From NCBI GenBank assembly GCA_964035545.1, contig OZ037768.1:17281875-17345874 (forward strand): 64,000 nucleotides of DNA, given 5' to 3'. The position numbers were made by a program, and so were the translations under genes. Below are positions 35,723 to 48,867 of the stretch, piece after piece (position 1 is the first letter of the stretch; the number at the start of each line of letters is the position of its first letter). The DNA is from Bugula neritina. Its lineage: Eukaryota > Animalia > Bryozoa. Under the pieces are notes generated by a model. It was given only the letters and a program-made list of their open reading frames with translations, did not search any database and was not told the DNA's origin.

Positions 35723-38700
35723 TGTTGTGTTGTTTGACTCGCTATTATTCACCGCGAGACTCGTTGAGCTCTGGAATTTCCCTACTAGCTAGAATTGAAA
35801 TAAATCACGATAATTATCAGCTTAGACTCAATCCAACGTTGTTGTACTCTTACGCACCAATCACACATGGTGGCAGCAGTTAAAACTAATAATGGGCGAT
35901 GAAGAAGTTCAGCAACAAATAATTGTGCATAGGAATGCACCCAGAATCGAACCACCAGGTGAGATCGTTTTGAATTGTGAGCGTGAGCAAAACTTCAGAA
36001 GATTTAAAAGCCGGTGGCAGTCGTTTTACATTCTGTCTAGACTTTCGGAGGAAAGTGATGAGTACCAGAGAGCATTGCTATTATATTCAATTGGTGATGA
36101 TGCATGCCGAGTGGTAGAGTCAAGTCACAAATATCAGAATGATAAGAGTCTAGCAGCGATAATAGACATTTTGGAGCAATACTGTGTAGGAGAACGAAAT
36201 ATAGTGCACGAACGTTATAAATTTAATACAAGGTGTCAATTACAAGGAGAGAATTTTGATGCTTTTTACTCAGAATTACGTACGCTAGCAGATAAATGTG
36301 GATTTAATTACCGACCTGCCACTGATGAGGCACCAGCACCATTTGATGAGATGCTGAGAGATCGAATTGTTCTAGGAATTAGAGATGACTCTCTTAGAAA
36401 GAAATTGATTTCTCAGGGTAACACTTTAACACTAGACCAGGCAGTACGTATTTGTAGGAGCAGTGAAGTCACTTCAACTGTGATGCAAAGTGTAACAAAA
36501 GGAGCAAGCTCAGGGTCTGTAGATGCTATAAGTAAAGCACAAAGCAGCTACCCTAAATATAAGCAAAGCAAACCAAGCTATACATGCAAGCAGGGAGGTG
36601 CTGTTCAGCTGCCAGTTAACTCTCAGATGTACAAGCCTACAAACAGCCAGGATCATTGTAAAAGGTGCGGTAAGGAACCACATTCAAAAGCGGAATGCCC
36701 AGCTAAGGATGCTCAATGCAGGAAGTGCAAGAAAGTGGGCCACTTCCAGCGGCAATGCAGAAGTAGATCCATCCAGGAAGTGACCGAAGCACGTAATGAC
36801 GATGGTATAATGTTCACAGGAGAGTTCAAAATAGAAAACCTAACTGTGGATGCTTGGAAAGCCGAAGTAGCAGTAAATGGTAACTGTACTACTTTCAAGC
36901 TCGATACAGGTGCAGATGGCACAGTAGTCAGTGACAAACTACCTTGGCTGTCTACTATTTCACTGCAAACTACAGGAGTCCGCTTATATGGACCTGGAGG
37001 AAAGCAACTCCAAGTCTTAGGAACTTTTGAGGCAGATCTTCAATATCAAAATCAGAAGTACAAGGAGACAGCCTACGTAATTCAAAATCAGTCAACCTCT
37101 CTACTCAGTAGAACTGCTTGTGAAAAGTTAGGACTGATAACATGCCAAGTAAAGCAGCAAGGGGAAATAACCAAAGACATCCACACAGGCTTCTCAAAGT
37201 TATTTAAAGGCCTTGGAGCACTCAAGGGATACTCATACAGAATATCACTAATTCCAGATTACCAGCCAACATGCATCTACACTCCAAGGAAAATTCCCAT
37301 TCCATTACGAGACAAAACTAAGAAAAAGCTAGATGAGATGGCGCAACAAGGAGTTATCTCTCCCGTAACAGAAGCTACAGAGTGGTGTAGTGGAATGGTC
37401 CCAGTCCTCAAACCATCAGGAGATGTACGCGTCTGTGTGGACCTGACTGGCCTGAATAAAGCAGTTAGAAGGGAAATCTATCCAATGCCAGCAGTCGATG
37501 AAAGTATTGGACTGTTGGGGGCAAGTAAAATCTTCTCAAAGCTGGATGCCAATAGTGGGTTCTGGCAAATACACTTGGACAAGGAGTCAAGAAAACTGAC
37601 TACCTTCCTCACACCTTTTGGCCGGTTCTGTTTCAACAGACTTCCATTTGGCATATCTAGTGCACCGGAGATCTTTTCTCGAGCTATGTGCAGACTACTA
37701 GGCGACATAGAGAATGTCATCTGCCACATGGACGATATTCTAGTTCATGGTAAAGATGCAGAAAGCCACGATAAAACCTTAAAGCTGGTTTTAAGAAGAC
37801 TGGAAGAAGCAGGACTCACATTGAATGAAGACAAGTGTGAGATTGGCCAAGCTCAAGTGAAGTTTTTAGGCCACATTATAGATGCTAAAGGAGTCAGCCC
37901 TGACCCGGATAAAGTTGCATCAATACGTGACTTTCCAGCCCCTACCTGTAAGACAGAGTTGAGACGACTAAATGGTATGCTGAATCAGCTAGCTAAGTTT
38001 ATCCCTCACCTGTCTGAAATTACAGCTCCCATGAGAGAGTTACTGAAGGAAAGTAAGGCTTGGACATGGAATCAACCTCAAGAGGAAGCTTTCCAAAAGG
38101 TAAAGCAAACACTGATGTCTGCTCAGGTCATAGCACACTATGATCCCAAGCTGAAAACAATTGTTGCCACTGATGCTAGCAACACTGGACTTGGAGCTGC
38201 TATGTTCCAAATACAAAAGGATGGGACAAGGAGGCCAGTATACTATGCATCAAGGTCTTTAACCTCAGTGGAACAAAATTACGCCGCAATAGAAAAGGAG
38301 GCATTGGCAATGGCTTGGGCATGCAACAAGCTTGATCAGTTTTTAAGAGGATTACCTTTCACTCTAGAGACGGATCACAAGCCTTTGGTTAGGCTTATGG
38401 GTGTAAAAGACTTAGACCAAGTGCCAGCCAGGATTCTCCGATTGAGACTGCGGCTCATGAGGTATGCTCCAAAGATAGAGTATATCCCAGGGTCTCGCAA
38501 CCACGTAGCAGATGCATTGTCGCGAGCACCCTCTGGTATACCATCTCGCATAGATGTGATGCTGGTTGAAGAGCTAGAAGCTAGCACTTCCATTATACCT
38601 TCGATAGATCCGATGATCGAAGAAATCAAGGAGGCACAACAATTAGATGCTGTATGCCAAGAGGTCCAGAATTTCATCATAAAAGGATGGCCTACATATA

Positions 38701-40263
38701 AAACAGATGCCCACACAGCAGTACACCCTTACTGGGATGTCAAAGGACATTTGACACAATCTAAAGGCCTTCTCTTATATGATCAGCGGCTAGTCATCCC
38801 TAGCAACCTAAGACTAAAACTGCTTGACCGCATTCACCAGGCCCATCAAGGAATAGTAAAATGCCAGGCAAGAGCCAGAAGAGCTATCTGGTGGCCGGGA
38901 ATGTCTAAACAAATAAAGGAAATGGTACAGGGGTGTCGACAGTGCAGAATTAACTCACCGACCCCGGTAGAGCCTCTGCAGCCATCCACCTTGCCATCTA
39001 AACCCTGGATAAAGTTAGGTGCAGACCTGTTCGAGTTCCAGAAAAAGAACTATCTGTTAGTGGTCGATTACCATAGCAGATACATAGAAGTTAGGAGATT
39101 AGACTCACTGTCTTCAGCATTCACTGTGGACAAAGTTAAATCCATCTTCTCAACTCATGGAATTCCCGAGGTAGTCATTTCTGACAATGGACCTCAGTTC
39201 AGCTCTAGGGAGTTCCAAGAATTTGCCAAGAGTTATGGTTTTCAACACGTGACCAGCTCTCCAAAATATCCAAAAGCCAATGGCGAAGCTGAGAGAGCGG
39301 TAGGAACAGTAAAGCGTCTGTGGAGCAAAACTACAGATCCATACCTAAGCCTATTAACCTATAGAGCTACCCCACTCGAGAACGGATTCACTCCTTCAGA
39401 ACTTTTGATGAACAGGCTACTTCGAACTACTCTACCCTCCATGCCTGAAACCCGAGTGGTTCACAAGCCACCAAACATTGCTGAGAAGGAACAACACATA
39501 AATCTAAGGACCATGAATAACTACAACCAACGGCACAAAGCCACTCTGTTGCCTGAACTTTCTCAAGGTTCACCCGTCTATGTCAGAGACACTAAGAAAC
39601 AGGGCACAGTTCTGGCAAGTGTAGCTCCACACTCATACACGGTTAAAACTGAAACAGGAGTTATACGCCGAAACAGAAGTGCGTTGGTAGATCTTCGGGA
39701 AGAGGACCCCGTGGTGCTTGAACCAAATGCTCCTCCGCCGGTTCCTATGGGTGCAGAGGTGCTTGGTCCAAAAGCTAACAAAAAAGCCAATCCATCAGGA
39801 ACGCAGGCACCCGGAACATTGGTCGCAGAGGGCTCGGGTACGTCTTTAGCCCATACAGCCAGTCCAACGGTTCCGGGTAGGTTTTGTGCTCTATCCAGAG
39901 AGCGAAGATTGCCCCGGAGATTTGATGACTATGTGATGAATTAACATCCAGACGATCTAACCACGGAGACACTCGTGCCTTCTATGGAACAATCATAAAA
40001 ATACATATTGTCATGTTTTTTCTCACTATTGTTAACCTTCACTTACTATTGTCAATCTTAATTAATAGCATACGTGATTACACATAAATGTTTTTTGTAA
40101 CCCACTTAGAAAGGGGGATGTTGTGTTGTTTGACTCGCTATTATTCACCGCGAGACTCGTTGAGCTCTGGAATTTCCCTACTAGCTAGAATTGAAATAAA
40201 TCACGATAATTATCAGCTTAGACTCAATCCAACGTTGTTGTACTCTTACGCACCAATCACACA
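35723..40263 (+). mobile_element. Full-length Ty3/Gypsy (Mag-like) LTR retrotransposon
   Basis: Identical 145-bp TG...CA LTRs (35723-35867 and 40119-40263), 5-bp TSD CATAC (35718-35722 and 40264-40268), PBS TGGTGGCAGCAGT (tRNA-Leu-like) and PPT AGAAAGGGGGA. Confidence 0.97.
35892..39944 (+). CDS. Gag-Pol polyprotein (1350 aa) of the Gypsy element
   Basis: Two CCHC knuckles (CKRCGKEPHSKAEC, CRKCKKVGHFQRQC), protease DTGA, RT (LDANSGFWQI, LPFGISSAP, HMDD), RNase H (TDASN, ETDHKPL) and integrase (H-H-C-C, SDNGPQF, NGEAER). The PR-RT-RH-IN order is that of Gypsy. Confidence 0.96.
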   Translation: MGDEEVQQQIIVHRNAPRIEPPGEIVLNCEREQNFRRFKSRWQSFYILSRLSEESDEYQRALLLYSIGDDACRVVESSHKYQNDKSLAAIIDILEQYCVGERNIVHERYKFNTRCQLQGENFDAFYSELRTLADKCGFNYRPATDEAPAPFDEMLRDRIVLGIRDDSLRKKLISQGNTLTLDQAVRICRSSEVTSTVMQSVTKGASSGSVDAISKAQSSYPKYKQSKPSYTCKQGGAVQLPVNSQMYKPTNSQDHCKRCGKEPHSKAECPAKDAQCRKCKKVGHFQRQCRSRSIQEVTEARNDDGIMFTGEFKIENLTVDAWKAEVAVNGNCTTFKLDTGADGTVVSDKLPWLSTISLQTTGVRLYGPGGKQLQVLGTFEADLQYQNQKYKETAYVIQNQSTSLLSRTACEKLGLITCQVKQQGEITKDIHTGFSKLFKGLGALKGYSYRISLIPDYQPTCIYTPRKIPIPLRDKTKKKLDEMAQQGVISPVTEATEWCSGMVPVLKPSGDVRVCVDLTGLNKAVRREIYPMPAVDESIGLLGASKIFSKLDANSGFWQIHLDKESRKLTTFLTPFGRFCFNRLPFGISSAPEIFSRAMCRLLGDIENVICHMDDILVHGKDAESHDKTLKLVLRRLEEAGLTLNEDKCEIGQAQVKFLGHIIDAKGVSPDPDKVASIRDFPAPTCKTELRRLNGMLNQLAKFIPHLSEITAPMRELLKESKAWTWNQPQEEAFQKVKQTLMSAQVIAHYDPKLKTIVATDASNTGLGAAMFQIQKDGTRRPVYYASRSLTSVEQNYAAIEKEALAMAWACNKLDQFLRGLPFTLETDHKPLVRLMGVKDLDQVPARILRLRLRLMRYAPKIEYIPGSRNHVADALSRAPSGIPSRIDVMLVEELEASTSIIPSIDPMIEEIKEAQQLDAVCQEVQNFIIKGWPTYKTDAHTAVHPYWDVKGHLTQSKGLLLYDQRLVIPSNLRLKLLDRIHQAHQGIVKCQARARRAIWWPGMSKQIKEMVQGCRQCRINSPTPVEPLQPSTLPSKPWIKLGADLFEFQKKNYLLVVDYHSRYIEVRRLDSLSSAFTVDKVKSIFSTHGIPEVVISDNGPQFSSREFQEFAKSYGFQHVTSSPKYPKANGEAERAVGTVKRLWSKTTDPYLSLLTYRATPLENGFTPSELLMNRLLRTTLPSMPETRVVHKPPNIAEKEQHINLRTMNNYNQRHKATLLPELSQGSPVYVRDTKKQGTVLASVAPHSYTVKTETGVIRRNRSALVDLREEDPVVLEPNAPPPVPMGAEVLGPKANKKANPSGTQAPGTLVAEGSGTSLAHTASPTVPGRFCALSRERRLPRRFDDYVMN

Positions 40264-41639
40264 CATACTACTAGACACAAACATTATTAATACCAACCCC
40301 TTTGTTAATGTTTCGCCAAATTGCTCCAGAAGCAACGTCTACGGTTCTTTCAATAACCACAGCACCAGTTAACATAGTTAAAACATAAGTAGAAGTGCGT
40401 CTAAACAAGGTTTTGTAGACTGTTTGCATCAAAGTCATGGTTTCAGCGTATAATAAAGTTTTTAACTTGGAAGATGAGTTAATTTTGTGTAACGTTTGGT
40501 ACGTTTTTAGCAGATTTTACCCACAGTTTTAAAGCTTTAATTGCTTTAACTTTCAATTTGAAATATTTTAGTTGCTGCTGCTACTACTAATGTCTAGTAC
40601 TAGTAACAGAAATACCGTATTAACATTAGTACTGTCCTTGACTTTACTATTGGAAAAAGGTGCTGTACCGGATTAGCCTTAGTTTTTCAATTTACAGTCT
40701 TTGCTTGAATAGTTCAGTTCAAAGGGCGCCGTTTCTAGCCGCTCAGGCGCTTCGAAATTGTGCAAACAGCGAGGCTCAAAGAGTTATCTGTTCCTGAGAA
40801 ATATAACCAATGTATAAGGTTTGTCCAGTCATTGCTTTTTAGAAACTAGAACCCAAAGCTCTGATTGAAAGGGTGCAGAGAGATCTCTCTTTCTTTGATG
40901 AACTCTAATGTTAGAACACTGATTGTAATTATAGTAAATACTGAATTTATCCAAATATTCTCTTTGCCCAAGGAAAATCAACATTACTGTAATAAGCACC
41001 TATCTATACATTATATAAATCATTAAATAAAGCTTATATAATAATAGGTTTTTGCCTAATATAGAAGCAATTTGACTCACTTTCTACACTGCAGTGCCTT
41101 ATAAAATTTTAAAGCAAGTTTTGTAAAAAATCTAAATTTAAATTCTAGAGATGAAAAATCTAATATATTTGAAATGGCCAAAAGCCAAATTTAATAGTAA
41201 CAGGTACTGCATGATCACAGATGTAACATTTCTTGCATAACCAATTATAGCACATACAAAATCCTAAAATACATTATAATTATTATAGACATTTAATTTC
41301 GTGTGCAGATAACTGGCACCTGGCCATCATGTGGGCATATAGAGTATTCATCAGATTTCATAAAATAAAGACAATTCACTACATGCAAGCCATACAATGG
41401 AACACCAAGTTGAGCCTTGTATCTGGGTTTATAAATGTGAATGTAAACGCAGTTTTTGCTACATAGTTTAATTAATTATATGCATTGTTTAATCAACTCT
41501 ATATTGTGCAGTCAAAATTCAAAATTGAGATTTCTAAAGGTTTCAATACACTGATAAACACTCAACTCATTTCATTCACGTGAATCTATTTTGCCAACTT
41601 ACAATTTTAGGTAAATATAAACATTACTTTTGGATCTTC

Positions 41640-41771
<132 letters not shown>

Positions 41772-41961
41772 AATAAATAAAATTTTTCTATAAATTTGAG
41801 GTTTATTTGTTAATTAAAAGCATTTACTATATAATATTATTTATTATTTGAATCTTGAAAACGATGGTAGACTTAAATGAATGGATAACCTACTTCTTAA
41901 ATCGAATTATGTTCAACCACATTTGCAGTTTCTTTAAACATGCTTCAATTTTTCTAAGGGT

Positions 41962-42125
41962 TAGAGGTCATAGGTTTAAGCCAGGACAAAGGCTATTGGT
42001 GATGTTAGGAAGAGCATCCAGTCATAATGGCTTTTGTGTCTCATTTAAATAAGTCCATAGCTCTCTTTAACAAAAACCTCACAGGGGTTTCTCACAGGGA
42101 TAGCGACTATAAACTTGCGTGAGTA
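41962..42125 (+). mobile_element. Degenerate second copy of the SINE at 18827
   Basis: Shares GATGTTAGGAAGAGCAT, AGTCATAAT, TTTAAATAAGTCC and CAGGGGTTTCTCACAGGGAT with 18827-19045; the B-box is decayed. Confidence 0.65.
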
Positions 42126-43055
42126 GTTCACACACCAACATGGCAACCTCCCAGAATAATTAGGTTGGTAATACAAAATTGCAAAGTCTTACAACCTGGT
42201 CATACATTTGCAATGCATACATGTTTAGATAACATTGCTATATATTATTATATAACTGCATAAGTATAAGAATATAAAAGTAGATTGTTTTGGGCAAATT
42301 TAACAGCATTAAGCCTTTTATTTCAATATACGAGTACAAGTTACAAAAACAAAAAGTTACAGTTATAATATTCATCAAAATAAATATTTCCTGTGCATGT
42401 AACTATTAACTAAAATGCTTGGCTCAAGGTTTATACAGAGTCGTATGTTTTGTAGACTGTAGAGGGAACTGCCTAAACTTTCCATATAAGAATATTTACA
42501 TAAAATTATTATATAAAATGGCTATTATTTGCATTACTCTACTGTTTTATGTATGTGTGTATATACAATATTAAAATATTGTTACTACGATACCACTGAT
42601 ACATACATGCATATGCTCATGAAAGCCTTAATCTAATGCTATGTTGTAATTCTACCTTCTCATATATAAAATATTCTATAAATTAAATAATGAGATTATT
42701 AGAGATCCTATATAATATTTGTTAAAAGAATTAAAACACAATATTTCTTATAATAATGGTTTTACAATAGGCAACTAAATAGTATAATTACAGCCGATGT
42801 AATGGTTTGGAATTGCCTCCTTTTTGGCTGAATGAACATTCAGCTAGATATGCGCTACCAGAACATTATGCAAGTGTAAACAAATATTCTACAGTTCCTG
42901 AACTATGGTAGCTATTTTTCATTTCAGATTTCCAAAAAGAGCTACAGTCATGGCGGTTAAAAATTTCAATTTTGGGAGCAGCCAATCTAAAAGAGTATTT
43001 TTTCAACAAGTGTACAAAAATATTAGCAGCTCAAAACATATGAACAAAAACTACT

Positions 43056-46000
43056 TCAAACAAATATAAAGCCATCCTTTTCATTACAAGTACATTCACG
43101 AATCTCATCTATTCTTCTCCACCATCCGTGACAGCCATGCGACATAGCAGCAGTCCAAAATGTGTCTTTCTCCATCGTTCCATGCCCTATACAAGTTGCA
43201 CTAGATAACCCACCCATAGCTTTTGTTTGACATTCTACACACACTCGAGATCCTTTAGACAACTTCTGTGCCCCCAGTGCACCAGATGTGCAGCGAATTC
43301 TTGAAGATGTGATTTCAAATGTGGCGCAGTATCTACAACACACGCAATGACCTTGAACTCTATGAGTATTAGGAAAGGGAAGGATAAATAAATTATAGCA
43401 AACATGCACTTCAAAGTGAAGCAATTGGAACACAAAATCTATTAATAGCCAAAGAATATTTGTAATAAATTACATGTTGTTGCATATATATATAGTTGCT
43501 CTGCCCAGTGTTTGTTATCTATTTTTTTCCGCATACAATGTTCCTAAAAGTTGAATCTCAATTTGTAAACTAGTTGAGATATAAAAATTTCATTAAACAT
43601 TGAAATAAAACTATAGATGAGAATATATATGCAGAATATATAATGACATATGAGTGTTTGAGCTTGTAAGAATACTTCACAGTTATGGCTGAACATCTAC
43701 TACCACTCAACATATGTTTTACAGTCTAACGACTTTAGCTTCCTTTATTTAATTTCAATTTCAATACACAACATGTATTTATATATATAATTTAATTTAG
43801 CATTTCAGACAGTCTGTCTAGATGCCATGTTTGAACCGTGAATATAATAAGCATCAACAATTACCCTTTCCGTTCGACTTCTCTAGGGGCATAATACTTC
43901 TTATAGAGATTCTTCCTAATATCCATGTTAGCATTATACTTTATGTATGATCGGTATCGCTTATATATTGCTGGCATGATCCTAGCTGTATCTACAAATC
44001 ATATACAAATGTTAATTCTATTTATAAGAATGAACTATAAATGACCTGGCTAAAGTTTTCGGAGTTGCCTTCTCTCATACTAATTACTATGATACTAGAG
44101 TTGTAGAACTTGTATAGAGATAGCTTTGTGTTGAAACTATAAAGGGTGTATTTATAAACTCTGTAAAGCATGCCTCTACCATATGTTTTAGCAGACAGAA
44201 TTGTCATATAATCAAGCATTGTTAACATTATGAATAACATTTTCGCTCTTTAATAACAAGTATAACATGTTTAGGTTATTTAGAAGGTCAAAATTTCCAT
44301 ACATCAAGTTTAAATTATAATAATATATCTACAGCTGAGCTCCTAGTATGCCCTACTCATTCACTGCAGCATTAGATGAAATGTGTTGCAGATTATCTGG
44401 CTGGCTATTGTGTTTAAAATCTCCAGGTACACAATTGTTATACACTGGTTCATTCATAGATGATTCATATGCATAATGAATACCTAGACCCACACGACTG
44501 TGAAATATTGCATGCACCACTAATTTTTAATTAAATAGTGCGACTGGGAACCATTTGAAATACATTTAACATATTAAATAGTAGCCAGCAAACAAAGACA
44601 TGTGTCTGTCTCTTTGCCTACCATTATCAAGCTAACACATTTTCTACAAATAACAAATTTTATAGTTTGATCTACTACCACAGATCTGTGTTTGCACAAG
44701 TGATAACAGCATTTTATCTCAACTTATAAAGGCATTAACAATGTTTTGTGTCATTTCCGAATCTCTTAACACAGTGCAGTGTGCTTTAAGATATCATCAT
44801 ACAGTTATTGCCAGATCCCATTTCACATCCAATATTTGACCATATCAGAAGTTTCAGGTACGTGTAAACAGCACTTTTTAATCATCAGTATATAGTGCAA
44901 CGTAAGTGGTTTAGTATAAGAAACATACATCCACTAAATAAGGAATAGATATAATATAATAACTAAAATAACCAAATGATTAGCTAAGTTATTTTTTATA
45001 CACCTAGCATATCATAGTATATTTGCAAGTTACTTACTTATAGAAGAAATACACACATACTAGCACTAAAGTAGGCAGCTACTAGTGTTACAGTGAGCTC
45101 TTATGGCTAAGCAAGCTATGAACCTGGCAATAAAAGTTCTTGTGCAGCACAATCAAGATATAGTTTTCAACTAGATCATTTTAACTCTGAACAACAAGGC
45201 ATATAACATACCTAATACATCACTCATAGCTGTTGCTACTATACTTCTATAAAACACTCAAATATCAAGAGTTAAAATTTCCCTACGAATAACAAAGACT
45301 AAATTTGAATTTTTTAAATTAAAGCACAATAGGAGGAAGTTTCCTAGCTATTAGCTTTTACCTTTTTAACAGCTAAAAGCAAAACTTTACATTTAGTTAC
45401 CTGAATCAGTCCTGCCTCTGGATCCCAAGTGCCGCTGAGATTTACATTTCTGGCCTCTACAAACAGTTGTTTCCTTGAGGGTTGGGCAGCTTATGCCCCC
45501 ATTCTTTGATTCTTCAAGTACTTTTCTAGTTCGGCTCTTCATACCAATTCCGCAACGTCTGGAACATTCCGTGTATTCTGTCCATTCACCAACCACGCAA
45601 TCAACAGCTGAAATCATAAATTATATATAACCAATTAGGAGTTATATTATTAATTAGTGACAAAAATTATGCAATTGCTATGGCACAATTTGTTAATCTA
45701 TTTTTAGCATCTTTTTTACATGCAAAACATTTAAAACAGAGTTTTGCAATTTATAAACTTCACATTTAGATAATTTTCAACTGCTCTAATTATAGTTGTT
45801 ATAATTCTAAGTTACCATTTACTGTACACAACTCAGCACAGTGATTTATTAATGTAATCAGGTAGCTGTTAGAAAATATAATTTTTCTGTAAAGAGCACC
45901 ATTTTAATAAGATATATTTTTTTCAGCAGTGATTGACTATAAACGTGAAGTATTCTATTCTTCCCTTACATATAATAATAATGTACATCTCAGTGAAATT

Positions 46001-48867
46001 ATATAGCTACATTTTTCAAGCAGCAATAATATTGCGTATGCTTATTTTGTATTTTCTTAGCTACAATTTTCCAAAAGATAAGCAAAACATTGTAATAAGG
46101 AATATAATAACTTAGTAATAAAAATTAAATTTTGAGGACTCCTTGGCTTATACTCAGGAGTTATCTGACCTTTCCACTGTATACATTGTTTGAGCTGCAC
46201 CTTGTATACTATAATGCAATGGCCTGGCATTCCATAACAGCTATTAAGTAATTTCCTGTAGTAATTTGATTTGAGAGACTTTGCCTTTAAAATTTGAAGG
46301 AAATTGAGTGTATAATTATACTAAGATATGCAGCAGTGAAAATAATATGAACTTACGCTATTTGCGCTGTAATAATTTAATTATATATCTATTTAGTTAA
46401 TTACAATTACCAGTAATATAATTTATGAAACTATACAAGTTTGCCATTCCAACTAATATTAAATTTGAATATTTTTCTGCATGTATATTGAAAAATTTTA
46501 TCAAACTTTTAATAACTTTGAACTGTAATTTAAGGAGTTTTGGAAGCGATCAATGGGGTGCTTGATATTTTTATAGCTAAACTTGTGGCTTAAAAGCTAT
46601 AAGAGAAAAGCCGAACATTATATACACATAACAATTAGTGATGATAAAACTATGTTTTATAAATCCTAAGTAGCCATAGTTTTTAGCCTTTAGTCTAGAC
46701 GCAAGGTTGATTACCTTCAACCTCAACACCTAGCAACAAAATAATACAACAATGATCATACAGCTACCCAACACAAACTTTCATTAAGTTGTTTTTGTTT
46801 CATTAAGCCAACTCATTAAGAGAAAATTTCTTTTCAGCCGGTGAAAACAGTAACAATGCATTATTATAGACACGAATTGTCACCAGCGCCTGGCCTGCAG
46901 TGTTGATACACCACCCTAGTTTAATTGTTTGGCCACCGAGTCTGTCAGCCTGAGTGGGTGCCGATTCAGGCATAATGGAATGTGCTCCTGGCTACCACTG
47001 CAGGTGCTCTATGAACCCCAGGAATTTATTAGCAACTTGCAATTTTCTACATGATCCCCTATGCATTTAGCAAAATAAATGGAATGCTTTGTTGCAATAG
47101 ACATACCTGGCTAAATTTAAGTTCAACATAGCTATGTGTCTATGGCTATAATTTATTATAATGATGCTGTACACATCTATAGATGATTTCCAATATTTTT
47201 TTAGCTAATCTTGAAAGGATTCTGTTGTTTTTGATGGTTGAAAACTTGCTTATCAAATAAATAGAAGATATCTTCTAATAACTTTTCTTAAACAATATAC
47301 TCTCTTATAATGATTACTTGTCTAATAAAAACTAACCAAACACACTAGCAAGTTTCTCAGTTTCTTATAAACTCATGCCTTGTGTAAAAGTTTCAAAGAA
47401 AATGGAGAAAGTATAAGAGACGCTGACAGAGTTCTCACACAGACTTGACTGCATCTTGTGAAAGTCATACGCCCAGGAAGCATTGTTACTCGGTTATCAG
47501 TTGTCATATCACTGCCCTGAATAATGCAGACGTGCACACTGGAAAATTGCCTTTGATTTACAAATAAAGCATCTAGCATTATCCAAGCTGATTTGCCCTA
47601 TGATACCTTGTAGTTTATAACAAGATCTGGGTAACACAAAAGAAGCATTCTTTGGCAGATAAATAATGAAGTCTTTGTGAAATGTCATGGCGATTAGAGT
47701 AGTTTATTGTTTCTGTAGTTGAATTGCTGCAACAGTTATGCAACTACAGTTATATCTCAAGAGATGAGTCTAAGAACACGAGCTTGTATGTTTATATTCA
47801 TCTTTATAGTCCCACAAACAATGTATATGTAGAGAGATGTACATATTATATAAAAGAATCAATCAAATCTAACCAAGTATTGAAGTAACTGGTGCTACAT
47901 GCAAGATTTATCTTCATCACTATGTATTTGTATCAGGAGTTTCAGATGATTTGTTTTGTGTACTCATGCATTGTTATAAAATAGTATTAGTCAAGTGTAA
48001 AACCTCTCAAGGCCATAATTATTGCTGGTAGCAGCATGGTTATCTGCATATCTGGTTTTTTGAATGAGCTACAATGAAAAGTTATTACCTGCATAGCACT
48101 TTACGGCCTTAATATATGCAGCGCAGTGCAATAAAACTGCAGCATACGTTTTGCTATCAATAATGGTTGCACAGAATTAATGAGTGTTATATGGAAAGCT
48201 GCAACTGTTCCCACTGACTCTGGAATAAGATGCCACCTATTGTGTAGTCCAATTAATGAGATTGTAACACAATGCTGCAAATAGTTGTCACTGACTGTGC
48301 CATTCGACAATATGATACAAATACATGTTTGTATAATACATCCATGAAGATACATATACCTCTCTTAAACATCTCAACTTTAACCTATTTGAATTAATGA
48401 CCATCAAAAATTGTGTAAAATAGTAGCTACCAGCATTTAGATAATTGTTGCTGTTGGGTTTTGCCTAAGCAGCTGTATAAGTCTAACTGGCCATCATACC
48501 CCACAGATAGAATAATTCTCAAGAGTTGTCAGCTTTGCTACATCTAGTAAACAAACAGCATATTTGTGAATTATATGTCTTGATTACCTTGGCAGGTTGA
48601 AGTATAATCCTCACAGCAATCTCCCATAGTAATACAGCCCTCATCGCAGAAACATCTGCCCTTGTCTGACGAACTGCTTGACTTCATTGGTGTCAGGTTA
48701 AAGCAGCTGCTATTCTTTCCACTGCAGCACATACCAGCACAGCCAACCTGTGGTGGACCTGATCGTCTCTGCCATAGCAATTGATTACTTAGCGGAGAAT
48801 ATGCAGCTGAAGCTAATGCCCCAAACTGAACTAAAATTAAGATGGCAACCACTTGGTATGTGTTCAT
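43056..48867 (-). CDS. SBSPON: Somatomedin-B and thrombospondin type-1 domain-containing secreted protein (RPE-spondin-like)
   Basis: Exons 48867-48588 (signal peptide and SMB domain CFCDEGCITMGDCCEDY), 45607-45401 (TSP1: DCVVGEWTEYTECSRRCGIG..RTR), 43991-43865 and 43332-43056 (YCATFEIT...VCVECQ..AM...C.GHG...W...C.G.W...FIFV*). Phases 1/1/2 are consistent. Confidence 0.85.

Noticed and set aside
35602-40372. Duplicated peptide LCCLTRYYSPRDSLSSG... in ORFs 35602..35883 and 40088..40372
   Set aside because: Chance read-through of the two identical LTRs.
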